NCBI GenBank assembly: GCA_946965045.2 | Contig: OX337238.1 | Coordinates: 1,922,001-1,986,000 of the forward strand | Length of the DNA stretch: 64,000 bases | From: Epithemia pelagica | Taxonomy: Eukaryota; Protista; Bacillariophyta | Reading direction: 5' to 3' | Part shown: positions 10,661-22,882 of the stretch, piece by piece | Numbering within the stretch: the stretch's first letter is position 1 | How the letters are laid out: each line of letters begins with the position of its first letter | The notes under the pieces: model-generated | What the model was told of the DNA's origin: nothing | Seen by the model: only the letters and a program-made list of their open reading frames with translations | Databases searched by the model: none | Translations under genes and position numbers: made by a program

Positions 10661-13366
10661 TCATGCGATTGGCAAATGGTCGATGCACCTCATAGCATCA
10701 TAAATATCATTGGTCCATCCTTTCCAGGGTGATTTTTTCTTCAAAACCGCATAGTACCAGAATGCGACGTTGTCAAGGTGATGCTCGGCTTTGTCCAGTT
10801 CTTCGCTGCTATTCTCAACATCCATAAGGTGGGCATAGAAGTTTTCTCTCATAACGCGCTTGATGATTTCCTTGCCTTCCTCTTCCTTGGCATGCCATAT
10901 CTCACTTCGAATGTTCGTGACGAACGTCGAACCCCTTCCTTTCCCCAACAACAATCGACATACAACATCGGGAAGAAGTACATTCAAGTCTACTTGAAGA
11001 CCAGGTTTCATCACCGACATATTACTATCTTCAGCAAATTTGGTGCCATATGATGCTGAAGAAATTGATCCTCCATCCACGTCAATTAGGCGCACGGATT
11101 TGAAATCTTGAGAGACTAACACATTGCTCAGCGCGAAGTCGAATGATCTGACCCCCAAAAGTGTCAAATCACGAAACGCGTTAAGCAAGGAAACTAAGAG
11201 AACTTTGATAGATATAATGGTGAAACTCGAACGAATCCTTGCAATTTCCGATAGAGCAGAAGCTTCGGGAGGTCGGTCTCTGACGTACTCGTCTAGAAAT
11301 CGTTTTAGTGTGAAGGTTGCAAAGTTCTTGTCATGGTCTGAATACATCGACATTAGTGAGATCAACAGAAACAGACAAAGATAGCAATGGACGTTGAAGA
11401 ACTTACGCGAAAGTAGAACCAACTCGTACTTGAACTGCGAGGGATTGGCCGCATCGCAGGCAAAAGCAATACCCAATCCATAGAATTGCACGATGCGGCC
11501 ATCTGAATTCAGGCTATTGGCAAACCGTAGTCGTTTTGCAAGGCCTGCCTCAGACGATGACGACTGGAGAGATGCCAACATCTTTGACAGGGTGTATGGC
11601 CGTTTGACGGCCGCATCCCACCCATCATGATCCTCGTCATCCTCGTATTCACCCAACGAAGAAGATGTCGAAGTGGAGCCTCCTGCAGTCACCTGCTTTG
11701 TATGATTCTGCGAATCTTGCTTCAGAGGCCCGTCTTCGTCGATGGTCATCATGTGCGCTTCTGTATTCACAACTTCAACTTCTTGTCGCTTCCCTGAGCT
11801 GGCTTGTTCCAGTTGTACTCTATGGACAATGGCATTCTCTCCCATGCCCAAAATGTATCCCGAGTTATCATGCTGTTTTCCATTTACTCCACTCAAAAGG
11901 ATCTGGCCTGGTTCATGATATTGTAGAGGCTCATTGGCGGAGTTGCTGACCTTCATAAAGGCTCGTCGGTCAATCCGACCAATGCCCGAAGACTTTTCTT
12001 CGTTTTCGTAACAGAATACAATCGGGTTGCGAGACGTGTAGGATTTCCCGGACACAAAATCCCACGCACGTAAGTGTGTACTGTTCAATGTGTTCTCAAG
12101 AAACGTTGCAGGAGCTCCAGAGCGCTCCTCATGTATAAAACGCCACGGTTCTTGAAGCACAACGGTCTCATTCAGCGTTTTGGAAACTGTATTGACAGAA
12201 AATATGACAAGCGCCAATCGACAACGTTCATGCCAATGTACAACCCATTCGTCATCATAGGACTGATCTCCATTGACAGCATTATCCTTGGTGCTCTTGG
12301 CGTCCTGTTTTCCTGCTTTTCGTTTCGTTACGTTCAGATTGAACATTTTTCTCATGCGTTCGATCTGGATTCGACGGCTAATGGCTTCTTCTTCAAGCGG
12401 AATATCGTACATATCGTTGTACCCAAACATGGCTAGAATCATCCAGGATTTAGCCACAGTGCACTGCTTGTCGTAAAACGAAAGTAAATGGACATTGGCA
12501 TGATCGACCAAAATTTGTTTGAGAGCAGATATCGTACACTCTACAGGAATCTTCACTTCCATGGTACATAGTCCAGGAATAAGCATTTCAATCTCTACCA
12601 TACGCAGCGGTCCAAGAAAGGGTATCACAGGTGATGATTGGGAAGGTTGATTGCTGGAGTTGCCCATGTCACCCAAAACCTGGTGCCTTGTTTCCTTGTC
12701 CGAGTTTTGAAGCATATATTCCAGTTCTACTAGTTGCTTTTGATACCCAATATTCTCCAGCACAAAAGGACGCTCTTCACCTAATTTAGGCAAGATCCTT
12801 TCCATTTTATTTCCAAACAACAAGAGAACTGCCACCGCCAGTGCGGCGCTCCGATTTTGACCAGCTACACAAAAGAACAGAATTTTCCCCTTTTTTTGTA
12901 CAACAACATCTTGATACAGCGCTGCAGCCACCTTGAAGTGATCGGATGTCTGTCCTGTTTTCAGGTCATGTAGGATTGGATAGTTGTAATGATCCTGTCG
13001 GACATTTGTGAATTTGTATTGAATGCCAGAGTCTTGTAGCTCATCCACGGGCAGTCGACTTATCCCTCCAGAAGCGCAGTTCAAGACAGCTGTCACACCC
13101 AGATCTACTAGATTTTGAACTGCCGCTGCATGGTACTTGTTTCCAATCAAGACGCCACCGCCACGGTTTCTCGGAGGAAGCAGTATAGAGGCCGGTTGCG
13201 GATCGGTAAAGCTCGCAATGGGCTCTGGGATGGGCTTGGCCACATGGCTTCTCATCCATTCCAGACGATCCTGTAAGTGCTGGTCTGTTAGACCTTCACA
13301 AAAGGGGTGGGACTCACCATCGGAACGGTTACTGCTCGTGCTGTTGTTGCCGTTGCCAGAGCTCAT
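10661..13366 (-). CDS. Dual-specificity phosphatase fused to an atypical protein-kinase-like domain (probable in-frame 69-bp intron 11406-11338)
   Basis: DSP motifs LIGN, AVLNCA, P-loop CVAGQNRSA (CX5R) and RPFVLEN. Kinase-like motifs LGMGENAIV, AAVKR, SFDFALSNVLV and LIDVDG. The intron reads GTAAGT...CTAAT...TTCAG. Confidence 0.8.
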   Translation of the reverse strand: MSSGNGNNSTSSNRSDGESHPFCEGLTDQHLQDRLEWMRSHVAKPIPEPIASFTDPQPASILLPPRNRGGGVLIGNKYHAAAVQNLVDLGVTAVLNCASGGISRLPVDELQDSGIQYKFTNVRQDHYNYPILHDLKTGQTSDHFKVAAALYQDVVVQKKGKILFFCVAGQNRSAALAVAVLLLFGNKMERILPKLGEERPFVLENIGYQKQLVELEYMLQNSDKETRHQVLGDMGNSSNQPSQSSPVIPFLGPLRMVEIEMLIPGLCTMEVKIPVECTISALKQILVDHANVHLLSFYDKQCTVAKSWMILAMFGYNDMYDIPLEEEAISRRIQIERMRKMFNLNVTKRKAGKQDAKSTKDNAVNGDQSYDDEWVVHWHERCRLALVIFSVNTVSKTLNETVVLQEPWRFIHEERSGAPATFLENTLNSTHLRAWDFVSGKSYTSRNPIVFCYENEEKSSGIGRIDRRAFMKVSNSANEPLQYHEPGQILLSGVNGKQHDNSGYILGMGENAIVHRVQLEQASSGKRQEVEVVNTEAHMMTIDEDGPLKQDSQNHTKQVTAGGSTSTSSSLGEYEDDEDHDGWDAAVKRPYTLSKMLASLQSSSSEAGLAKRLRFANSLNSDGRIVQFYGLGIAFACDAANPSQFKYELVLLSRKFFNVHCYLCLFLLISLMSMYSDHDKNFATFTLKRFLDEYVRDRPPEASALSEIARIRSSFTIISIKVLLVSLLNAFRDLTLLGVRSFDFALSNVLVSQDFKSVRLIDVDGGSISSASYGTKFAEDSNMSVMKPGLQVDLNVLLPDVVCRLLLGKGRGSTFVTNIRSEIWHAKEEEGKEIIKRVMRENFYAHLMDVENSSEELDKAEHHLDNVAFWYYAVLKKKSPWKGWTNDIYDAMRCIDHLPIA

Positions 13367-14077
13367 GGTTCATGGTTCCTTCCCAAGATTATGAGAAAGA
13401 TTTTGCAGAAGAAAGAACAAAAGAACACCTTGACATCTGTACAACTGAGCGGCTGTGAATATGTGGTAATGCCTGTTGTATACCGATCCATGTGCATCTT
13501 CAAGTAAAATAAAAGGAGTATAGCATCGGGCGCGCGCGCGGGGGAGCAAGACATGCTCCGCTTTATCCCCAGCGGCAGCGCGGGTTAGTTTTAGTCGTGT
13601 TTATTTGGCCAGTAGAAAAGAAGCCGCTCACAAACTACGACTAATATGCGACCTACAAACCCGCTAGAGAGTACTAGATTTGCAACTCTGAGCAAACTAC
13701 AACCACACTGCCGCACACCGCAACAGCAACGAAACAAGCGGTGTTGCGAGGGCTGTATATACCGATCGAGGTGCATCTACAAGGAAGGGGGTATAGTATC
13801 GGTATGGGCGGAGCATGGTTGTCTGTCGTGCGTACGTCGTGACGCGGCAGGAATTCGGGAGCAGATGTTCGGACACTCGTGGACGGGCACGCGCGCAGCG
13901 CGCACGCGGCCACGGCCAGCGCGCACCTTTGGTTGGAGCTAGGGAATCGAAACATCAGCGTCAGAGTCGAGCTCACAAATCTTGGGATCAGTGAGCAGAG
14001 ACTTCGAATTCTGCCATCTCAAGTGGAGGACTCACGTTAGTCAGTAGCATAAGAGATTCAAAAACTTTGTCTTTACG

Positions 14078-16819
14078 ATGACTGTTTCGAACAATCCTTT
14101 CTTTGAGGATTCTGATGGTGCTCTCTTTTCGGACTCGGATCCTCCGATTTGCGCGAATACTTCCTCATCTACTACCGCCGGGACAGGAGTTGCTAAGAAA
14201 CGCAGTCCCGTTGTTTCTCAACCATCTCAAGAGGATTCTCACCATGGTGTTTCTGAGCCTACGATGATTGATTTGAGTACAGGTGTGACTGGTAATGATC
14301 GTGAAGTAACTCGTGGAGTTACGAAGTTGACTTCAGCGACTGGTGGCGGGATTCCGTTTGATGCTAGTGGTACCGTGGTAGAGGACTCTCCTTCCAATGC
14401 TCCCCCACCCCCCTTTCGTCGCTCGGATTTGTTCAAAGGAACCTTCCCGATTCCCTCTTCGGAGAAAGCACGCCTTCGTTCCTGTCGTCCAGTTGATTGG
14501 TCAGATGCTTTCTGTTCCGACTTTCATTTGTCGATTGATGGCGACCCCAAGATTTGGTTGGAGATTTGCAAGAAGTTTAATGGAGTTATTAACCTGGATG
14601 ACCTCCAGCACTTCATTTCTTGTGACTTGAATGGGATGCCTTTGATGTTTATTGGAGTCGATCATGACAAGAAGTTGCGGCTTTTTCATAATGTTATGAT
14701 CGCCCCTGACACTGGTTCAATTATCAACCCGACTCCTTCTTTTATCTGCTTGACGCAGATGGGCTTCGACAGTCCCCCCATGGCTTTGGTCTCGGATGAA
14801 CTACACTCCCTATTGATCAGCTCAGAATATGAGGGAATCCCTTCCGTTCCCACCATTGTTGCCGAGTGTGTTTCGGACTTGCTTTTGGAGGGTCAGGAAT
14901 CTAATCAGTCCCGTCCGATTGATGTGTTTCCTGATTTTCGTTTGGATGCCTTGAAGTTTGCGAATCTTACAGTTCCCGACGCTTCCCAAGACGAAAATGA
15001 GAATGGTGGTGATGCGGTCCTTCCCCAAGATCCAACGGTTTTCGAACACATGGGACTGTTTCCGATTCATCCCGCTATTGCTGGTGAATTGTTGAAGCTG
15101 TTCTCCCGATTTGGTTTTGGTTCTGACAAATGTTCTCCCCCAGCAATCGCAGCTCTTATCTTTCGATTCCTTGTCAAGCGTTGGGCTCGTTCGATTGGTC
15201 GAAACGAGTTTGGAAAAGCTAAAACGGTTGATCTATCTCATCCTGTCTTTTCTGGGATCATGCCTTTGTGTCGATTCCTTTGGGTGGCCACCAAGAAACC
15301 AGGAAACTTAGACCCCGTGGTCTTTGATGTACCTTCGAAATTTGAAGCTGCTTCCAAACTGGTTCGCCGTCGTGTCGCACAAGCATTCCCAGATCTGAAT
15401 TCTCCCGATCGAGTTGCTCGAGCTCGTCAACACAACCAAGCTTTACCACCAACCCCTAACCCAAACCCGGCTGTTCCTCCAACGGGCTTACCCCCTCCGA
15501 CCTTTGCTGGTGGAATCTCTCCCGAGACTTTGTTGATGACAGAGCACCTGTCGGATAAACTTTCTGAAGCCTTTCTCCGTCACTCCACTCGCTTATCCAA
15601 GGATAAAGAGGACGAGAAGAAAGATATTTTCAAGAACGCAATTCACCTCAAGAATGGAATCTTATTTGGCCAAGTCAACGAGAACAGTACCACCCTCCCG
15701 ACAGCCCCAACAGATTTGGCTCTAGAGATCTTTCGACAAAAGAGTACTCATACTCTTCATTCATTGATACACGCTCGAGTGTTCCGCAAGTCTCAGAATG
15801 CATGCTACATTCTGTTTAGCCAGAGTGGGGTATTGCAGAAATATGGCCTCCGTTGGAAGGGGGACGACCACCCCAGTGGTTTCTCCCCTTTCTCTTTCGA
15901 CCCTTACAACAACAGCGGTCCTGACTCCAACTTATCACTCGATAGTGATATCCAGCAGCATATCTACGAATGCTTGCTTCGCCAAGACAATGGACTGTCC
16001 ACGAAGGACATGCGAGACATCTTTACCAATGAGAAGTTGTTTTGTCCGTTGACGTGCAACGAGTATCTTCTCCAGCTCCGCTCGTATTACTTGTTTGCAG
16101 TAGCCGTCTGGGGAAGTTTGTCCTTCATAGTGGGCCAGATCCACAAGATGGTGGAACACCATATTACAAACCGTCGACTTTATTGTAATAGTCAGAACTA
16201 CGACAACAAGTTCTTGACACAAGTTCTCTTCTCACTCGATGATGCTGTCCAGCGTTATATCGAAGATGTGCTTGAGCCAGCGGAGTGTATTGAAGATATC
16301 ACGTTTGATTCTCTTGAATACCATACGAATCAATTGTGCTACAAGATTGTATCTCGCGAGTCGGTTTGTCGTATGTTGCCGCAATTCTTCCTTGCAGCCT
16401 TGAATGCAAAGAGCAACAAAGTTACTCCAAATTCATCTGCCAACTCAGGACTCTCGGGTTCTTCGGCGGAATCCGGAAGCAACGATTCGAAAAAACGAGG
16501 AAACATTGATGCTTCCAATGGTGGTTCTGCTGATAACGCCCAGAAGCGCGTCAAGTTCGATTCGCCGAAAGAATGGTGTCTCCCAGCTCGCATGAAATAC
16601 TCGAAGATTTTCGTTCGGTCAGTTTTGGAGAAAATGCCCACGATTGAGATTGATGGTGAAGCGAAACCTTTTTGTAATCGCTTGTTGGCCCTTAAATCCT
16701 GTCGTAACGGGGACAAGTGTTACTTTGTACACGCCGATCCTCGCGATCATGGCAAGGGCGATGAAGTGACGGCGTTCTTCAAGAAAGTTTATGCCGAAGC
16801 GAAGAAACAAAACACCTGA
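14078..16819 (+). CDS. Gag-like ORF1 of the YR retrotransposon (913 aa)
   Basis: Long ORF upstream of RT, with a C-terminal C-x8-C-x5-C-x3-H finger (CNRLLALKSCRNGDKCYFVH). Confidence 0.75.
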   Translation: MTVSNNPFFEDSDGALFSDSDPPICANTSSSTTAGTGVAKKRSPVVSQPSQEDSHHGVSEPTMIDLSTGVTGNDREVTRGVTKLTSATGGGIPFDASGTVVEDSPSNAPPPPFRRSDLFKGTFPIPSSEKARLRSCRPVDWSDAFCSDFHLSIDGDPKIWLEICKKFNGVINLDDLQHFISCDLNGMPLMFIGVDHDKKLRLFHNVMIAPDTGSIINPTPSFICLTQMGFDSPPMALVSDELHSLLISSEYEGIPSVPTIVAECVSDLLLEGQESNQSRPIDVFPDFRLDALKFANLTVPDASQDENENGGDAVLPQDPTVFEHMGLFPIHPAIAGELLKLFSRFGFGSDKCSPPAIAALIFRFLVKRWARSIGRNEFGKAKTVDLSHPVFSGIMPLCRFLWVATKKPGNLDPVVFDVPSKFEAASKLVRRRVAQAFPDLNSPDRVARARQHNQALPPTPNPNPAVPPTGLPPPTFAGGISPETLLMTEHLSDKLSEAFLRHSTRLSKDKEDEKKDIFKNAIHLKNGILFGQVNENSTTLPTAPTDLALEIFRQKSTHTLHSLIHARVFRKSQNACYILFSQSGVLQKYGLRWKGDDHPSGFSPFSFDPYNNSGPDSNLSLDSDIQQHIYECLLRQDNGLSTKDMRDIFTNEKLFCPLTCNEYLLQLRSYYLFAVAVWGSLSFIVGQIHKMVEHHITNRRLYCNSQNYDNKFLTQVLFSLDDAVQRYIEDVLEPAECIEDITFDSLEYHTNQLCYKIVSRESVCRMLPQFFLAALNAKSNKVTPNSSANSGLSGSSAESGSNDSKKRGNIDASNGGSADNAQKRVKFDSPKEWCLPARMKYSKIFVRSVLEKMPTIEIDGEAKPFCNRLLALKSCRNGDKCYFVHADPRDHGKGDEVTAFFKKVYAEAKKQNT

Positions 16820-16831
16820 TGGTGCCTCGGG

Positions 16832-19800
16832 TTGATTGATGAATCAGATAGTTCCTGTATTTTCAGTGCTTCAAGTTCCACCTATCCGTCTTCTTTCAAC
16901 CCACCAGCTGTAGGTCCTTCCCGAGTACAGTCGGCCGACCTGACCTCCGAACCTCCAAGACCCAGCCTCGAGTTACCTCCTATAGTAGGAGTTCCACTTC
17001 CCAAAACTCCGACTCCCATGTTCCCCCTTCGATTCTCAGATGAACCAAGACTGTCGATTGAAGATGTGACATCTGCCATTGAAACTGTACCTTCTTCAGA
17101 GTCACTTGTTCTCGAAAATCGCAAGCGATCCAACTCTGTCCAGTTTTCGGATGAGGTTCAATGCCAAGAGTTCTTCAAGGTAGATCCGGCAGTACGAGTT
17201 TCGATGACACCAAGACCACAAGATACTTCGGAAGTGACGGTTCGTTCAGTTTTACAATCGTCGTCGATTCCCTTACAAGATACAGGTGATACTGATGTGA
17301 TGGAAGGTGAATCCTTAGCGATTGACCCATCAATCAGTCATGACAACCAAGCATTAATCTCAGCAGTCGCACGAGCGTCAAACGCTGAGAATGCACGCCA
17401 GTCGATCCTCGATGATATCTCGACTCCCACACAAAACCCCATTGGCAATCCAAGGGCGTTTGGAGCCCCATCTCCCAACATTTCCTCTGATCAATCCGGC
17501 CGAGCACTGAGTAGAAACCTTGATCGGCTCCAAACTGAAATCAGAACAGGTGAACAGATGTTAGGTGAGTCCCATGCTCCTTCCCCGTCGTCGTCTAGTG
17601 CCATTGATGCGGAAGAGAATGAGTTGGCTGAACAGCCGACATTCCTCCCAAATGATCCGTCGCAAATATTCGAGAGGAAAATTCCGCGACCTCCTCTCCA
17701 ACCTCCCTCCTTGACACACCAACTAGATACAATAGTTGCGATTAGCCAGAGGAAGGTCCCGACTCCGAAACCGTCTCCATTTGCACATGCGGCAAATGCT
17801 GATGCGGCCAACCAGAACTCCCAGTTGATTGCCAAGTTTGACTTTGATTTACAAAGGCTCTTTGATGAGTTCCCAAACTCCACCATTAGTCCGGGCTCAG
17901 AGTTCCGCCAAATTGAAGACATCGAAAAGCTGTTGGGGACACATCCGTTCTGGCCCAAGATTCAAGAGATTTTGACGAAGGGTGCTAGTTACACTTTCAA
18001 GAACCTTCCTTCGGACGCTGACCGCAAGAAAGAGAATGACGCAATCCTTGATTACAGTAATCATGCTTCTGCCCGTAAAAACCAGAGGCACTTCGAAAAG
18101 TAATGGCCAAGGACGCGAAGTACGGGTATGCCTTTCCCGTTACATTCGACTGCGCGAGACAGCTGAAGCATGGACGAGCTGCACCACTTGGAGTCGCTCA
18201 ACATGCAGGGATTGACGAGAAAGGAGAGATCATTCTCAAGGACCGACTGGCGCACGATCAAACTTTCTCCATGGGCCATGCACCGTCACTTAACAGGTTG
18301 GTTGATGAGTCAGTGTTGATTGATTTAGTCTATGGCTGGTGCATTGACAGATTGATACACCAGCTTGTCGCAATCCGACAGAAACACCCATCGGAACGGA
18401 TATTGATTTGCAAGTTTGATTGGGGTGCGGCGTATCGCCGGATTAACGGAGATGGAATCCTTACCGCAAACTCCATAACAACGGACGCTGACGGAGAGTT
18501 TGCCAATATGTTGTTGCGTCTCTCGTTCGGCGGCCGACCCCACCCGGCAATATTCAGTACGATATCGGAAGCGGCCTGTGATTTGTGTAACGACTTAGTT
18601 GAAGTGAGAGAATGGAACCCTGAGATCTGCCAATCACCACTCCAGTCCATGATGGGACCGACCAAACGATTAGACGATGATATACCTTTTGCACAGAGCC
18701 GAGCAATGGCAGTCGACGTGCTACCAACCCCCGAAGGATTCCATGATGTATACTTGGACGACATGATCCAGGTGTTTCTAGACCAACCAGCCATCGTGGA
18801 ACGGACATCCAAAATTGTTCCTCTGGTCTTGCACCTTCTGGTAAGACCGAACAACGATGATGAACCAATCGACCGCAATGAAATCTTAGCGGCAGACAAG
18901 ATGGCCGCCGAGGGTTGCCCGTCCGAAGAGATGCGGGTGCTCGGTTGGTTGTTGGATACGCGTCGAATGTTAATCAAGTTACCGACGGACAAATATCTGA
19001 ATTGGTCCAAGTCCGTAGAAAAGATGATCAAGGCGAAGACTTGCACCTTCAACGAAGCAGATTCACTGCTAGGCAAGCTTGTACATGCAACCAAAGGCAT
19101 TCCACTGGCCCGGTACTTCACAAAACGGCTCAGACAATACGTCACCACAATCACGAGAAAATACCAGGAAAAATACGGGAAGAATCGGTCTCCAGCAGAC
19201 GAACACCAACCACAAGTCACAGGAGCAAAAGGAAGCCAAAACCGACCCAAACCATGGTTCCGGTATAAGGTACCAGATACCATCCGGCCAGACTTGAAGA
19301 TGTGGCGTCACCTTCTCGAAAAAGCCCACAAGGGTGTCAGCTTCAACTTGCTGACTTGCCGTCGCCCCGACCACATATTCATTGCAGATTCTTGCCCTTA
19401 TGGCATGGGAGGTTTCTCCGTGAGAACGGGCAAGGCCTGGTGGTGCGAGTTGGACCCTGATATATACGCACTAGCAGCAACAGCCGACGAAATGAAGGAG
19501 AATGAAGTCTTTGGTCGCCCCGACCACCACCTGTCCAACAACCTGTACGAATTTATATGTCAGGTCGTCACAGTGTGGATTGCTTGCATGGATGGTTCTA
19601 TCCAAGAAGAAGACAGCATCTTGAGCCTGTCGGACAGTAGTTCAGCCACAGGATGGCTCCATCGATCCTCCTTTGGCGTCCAAAAACTGAACCACCAACG
19701 AGTTTCGGAAAAACTTACCCTCCTGGCAATCGACAACAACTTCGCACTCCATCCAGAGCACATACCAGGGCGAATTAACCACGTGACCGATATGTTGTCA

Positions 19801-20289
19801 CGATCGTTTGATTGTTGCGATGACAAACTCACGAAAAAGATTTTGTCTTTATATCCCACCCAGGTACCAGCCAATTTCGAGATTTGCCAACTCCCAAGCG
19901 AAATCGTATCATGGCTCTTCTCGGTCGCGCCGCTGCGGCCCGAGTCTTCTTTGGGAAAGTCGAATCCTCCCACGAGGATCTCGACAGAACATGGCGAAGA
20001 TGGCTCCTCCACCTTGAGCTCTTCAACCTCACCGACGACCCCTTTTTGGACGGCATCGCGTCCATTCGGCACCGATCACAGGTCGTCTGCACGTTCATGC
20101 AACGACTCCGTGACGGAGCTTTCGGCCGAGGGGTGGAGAAAAACCTACGAGCAAGCACTGTCGAGAAGGCCGTTGGCCACTTGGCATCAAAGTTCCGGAA
20201 TCACGACTGGGCGAGCCCATGCCATGTCCCGGGGAGCAACCGCCTCCACCCACTTGTTGAATCGCTCAAACGAGCATGGAAACACTTAG
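16832..20289 (+). pseudogene. RT-RNase H (pol) of the YR retrotransposon, 1-nt frameshift near 18100
   Basis: KFDWGAAYRR, FGGRPHPAIF, YLDDM, LGWLLDT, ADSCPYGMGG and EHIPGRINHVTDMLSR. The frame changes at HFEK*/VMAKD. Confidence 0.88.
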
Positions 20290-21233
20290 ACCCAGAAGAG
20301 AAAAGACAAAAAGCGGTGACACCAAAACATCTTTGTCACATGTTGAGAGAGTATACAAAAAGGGATAGCGATGGACGAAACCCAAGGAACCTTACCTCGT
20401 TCAAAGCATGCAACGCTGAATTGGCTTGTGCGGCTTACTTCACCGCATGCCGAAGTTGCGAGTATTCCACGGTGAAACAACGTGGAAAGACTTGACTGCT
20501 GACGATTGGAAACATCGTCTTTAAACGCAACGACAAGTTACGTTCCCCAATCGAACCCAACCATCACGACTTCCACACACAAGCCTTCTTCGTCTGCGTA
20601 ACGTTCGTCTCACAGAAGAACAGAGAAAAATACCAAACAAGAACCCAGAGCCGCACCGAGGATCACCTGCTCTGCCCAGTTCGACTGTGGGGCCGCATCA
20701 TCCGTCGGATTCTCTTCTACCGACCGGACGCTCCCGCCGACACTCCGGTGAATTGTTGGTTTGATCCGCTCGTCCATGCCGCAGGGAAAACGCCCAAACC
20801 AAGATTCATCCGGGCAGAAGATACAATCAAGACCCTTCGCGAGTCATGCATTACTGGTGGCGGACTAGCAAGATTCGGATACCGGCCTCTGGATATTGGA
20901 ACGCACTCCCTTCGATCCGGAGCAGCGATGGCGCTATTCCTTGCCAAGACGTCCGTGCTCAAAATCATGATCTTGGGTCGGTGGTCCTCGGCGGCGTTCT
21001 TGCGATATATACGCCCTCAAGTCATGGAATGGACGGCTGGTTTATCGACCAGCATGCTTCAGAACCCAGACTTTCGCCACGTCGACCCGTTGTCACAAAC
21101 AGAAATCACAATGGGAGACGTCGACGCCCTTCAATCGAACTTGGAGGCGGCCATCGAATCTCCAGAAGAAATCACCTTCAATGGCTCCGTGGAATTTGCC
21201 GACTTCACATCCCAACTCAACCTGGAGTTCTAA
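19884..21233 (+). pseudogene. Tyrosine recombinase with a premature TGA at 20493-20495
   Basis: RSCEY, QKN, CPV, HSLRSG, GRW and LRYIR catalytic motifs. The two ORF pieces are in the same frame with one stop between them (likely CGA to TGA). Confidence 0.9.
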
Positions 21234-22882
21234 GGCCATCGCAATAGCGACTGAGTGGGATCTTTGATGTCAAATCCTTCGTTCAATGGTGTTGGGAGCC
21301 ATCTTTGGTTCCGGGGCCTTTACGGCACACGCGTCTACTCCTAGCGTGACTACTGACAACTATGGTGAGACCTGCACGAGGACGGAGCGCCACGATAGCT
21401 GCAGGATGTGGTCGCTGGGTCATCCCCTCGATGTGGTGGGAGCAAGACATGCTCCGCGATATGCAAGTCTGAAACTCAACAAAACGCGAGACCAACAACA
21501 AAGCAACGAAAACAATTAAAAAATGAAACAAATTGATATCTCAACACCATCCCAATGCATCCACGTCATGAATCTATCCAGGGCTACATGGTCCGTGTGT
21601 GGGTGACAGTTCTTGTTGGCACGGCTGATGTTGTTCGGACCGTCTCTACCCCGGGTTCTTATTGATTTGACGACACGATTCATTGTTCTGACGGAGCTTC
21701 TCAAATCGAAGGGAAACCCATGCTGTTCTCCATCGAAGATTACCGTGATACATTGGCTGAAATGAAAGTTGGCAACACAGAGATGATTTCTAAGCAGAAT
21801 GCGTCTCTTTGCTTTCCGAATTCCTTGCCAGCAAGCCTGATGTTGACATGGTTGGTGTTCTTTCCCTTCATAGATTATGTCCGTCAGGGAAAGAGCTGCG
21901 TTGTAAGAATATGTGCTACCATCACGGCAGAGGACGTTGCTCCATCTGTTGCGTTGTATAGGGCAATGGTCTGGTGGTCATGGCTATCATGTCAATACAG
22001 AACATCGAATCCCAGTCGAAGCCACGGATTTTATACACGTTGCTCAAACACCCATCTCACCAGGCGACGTCGATGTTGTGAAGAACAAGAGCATTTCGAA
22101 GTTGCGTAATGGACAGAAAGTCCGCACTAAAATTGCGACCCGCCTTCTTGCTGTGGCTGAAGCCGGTCCTTTGGAATATGTTGAAGTCGACGGGGAGAAG
22201 GTTGGCCAGGTTCATGCTTCTGAAGTTATTCTTGAATGCTGTGATGGCGAATTGAATCGGGTTCAGCGTGTTGTCATCGTGCAATCTACTGTCTAATAAG
22301 GGACGGCACTTTGGGTGGCGAGGGGACGCATTCGTGTAACGCCACCAAGAGATGATTGCTACTATCAAGCGCTGCTCTTCTTAAACAAGATTCCATTATG
22401 GTGCTCATAGGACATGGTGCAAAGGTGCATATGTTCAAGTCGATGTGACGACAAAGGACTGTTGCACTCAAAATGGAGGAACAGTTGCACTCATAATGGA
22501 GCAGGCAAAGCCTTTGAACACTTTTGGTTGGAATTGCTTCAACTCTGAAGCTCACTCGGTCGGTTCTGCCGAGTGGTTTTCTTGTCATGGTGCTTCCGTG
22601 AGTTGTCATTCCACTTGCATGGGCTGAATGGTGCGGACGAAGAACAGTATAACAAGCCCTCCAAGTTATTCAACCCATACATTACACAATAGAATCAAAA
22701 CTTAGTTGAAGGCAAGAAGAGGTCAATCATATCTCCATGAGATGGGTTCTCGACGTCTGGCTTTTCAAGGAATCACGACTTACAAGTTTCACGCGTGGTT
22801 CGCGTTTCTAAGACAGCAAATAAAGAAGAACCACGATAAGTCCAACTTGTTCAGATTGCTTTTCTCAAAATCAAGGACTTCC

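Larger units (their letters stand above)
14078..21233 (+). mobile_element. Tyrosine-recombinase retrotransposon (DIRS/Ngaro-like), defective; coding span given, termini not resolved
   Basis: Order is gag-like ORF, RT/RNase H, then an overlapping tyrosine recombinase. No methyltransferase domain was seen after RNase H. Confidence 0.9.

Noticed and set aside
21720-22627. Several short plus-strand ORFs that might be one decayed gene
   Set aside because: No recognisable motif, and no consistent splice or frameshift model could be built.
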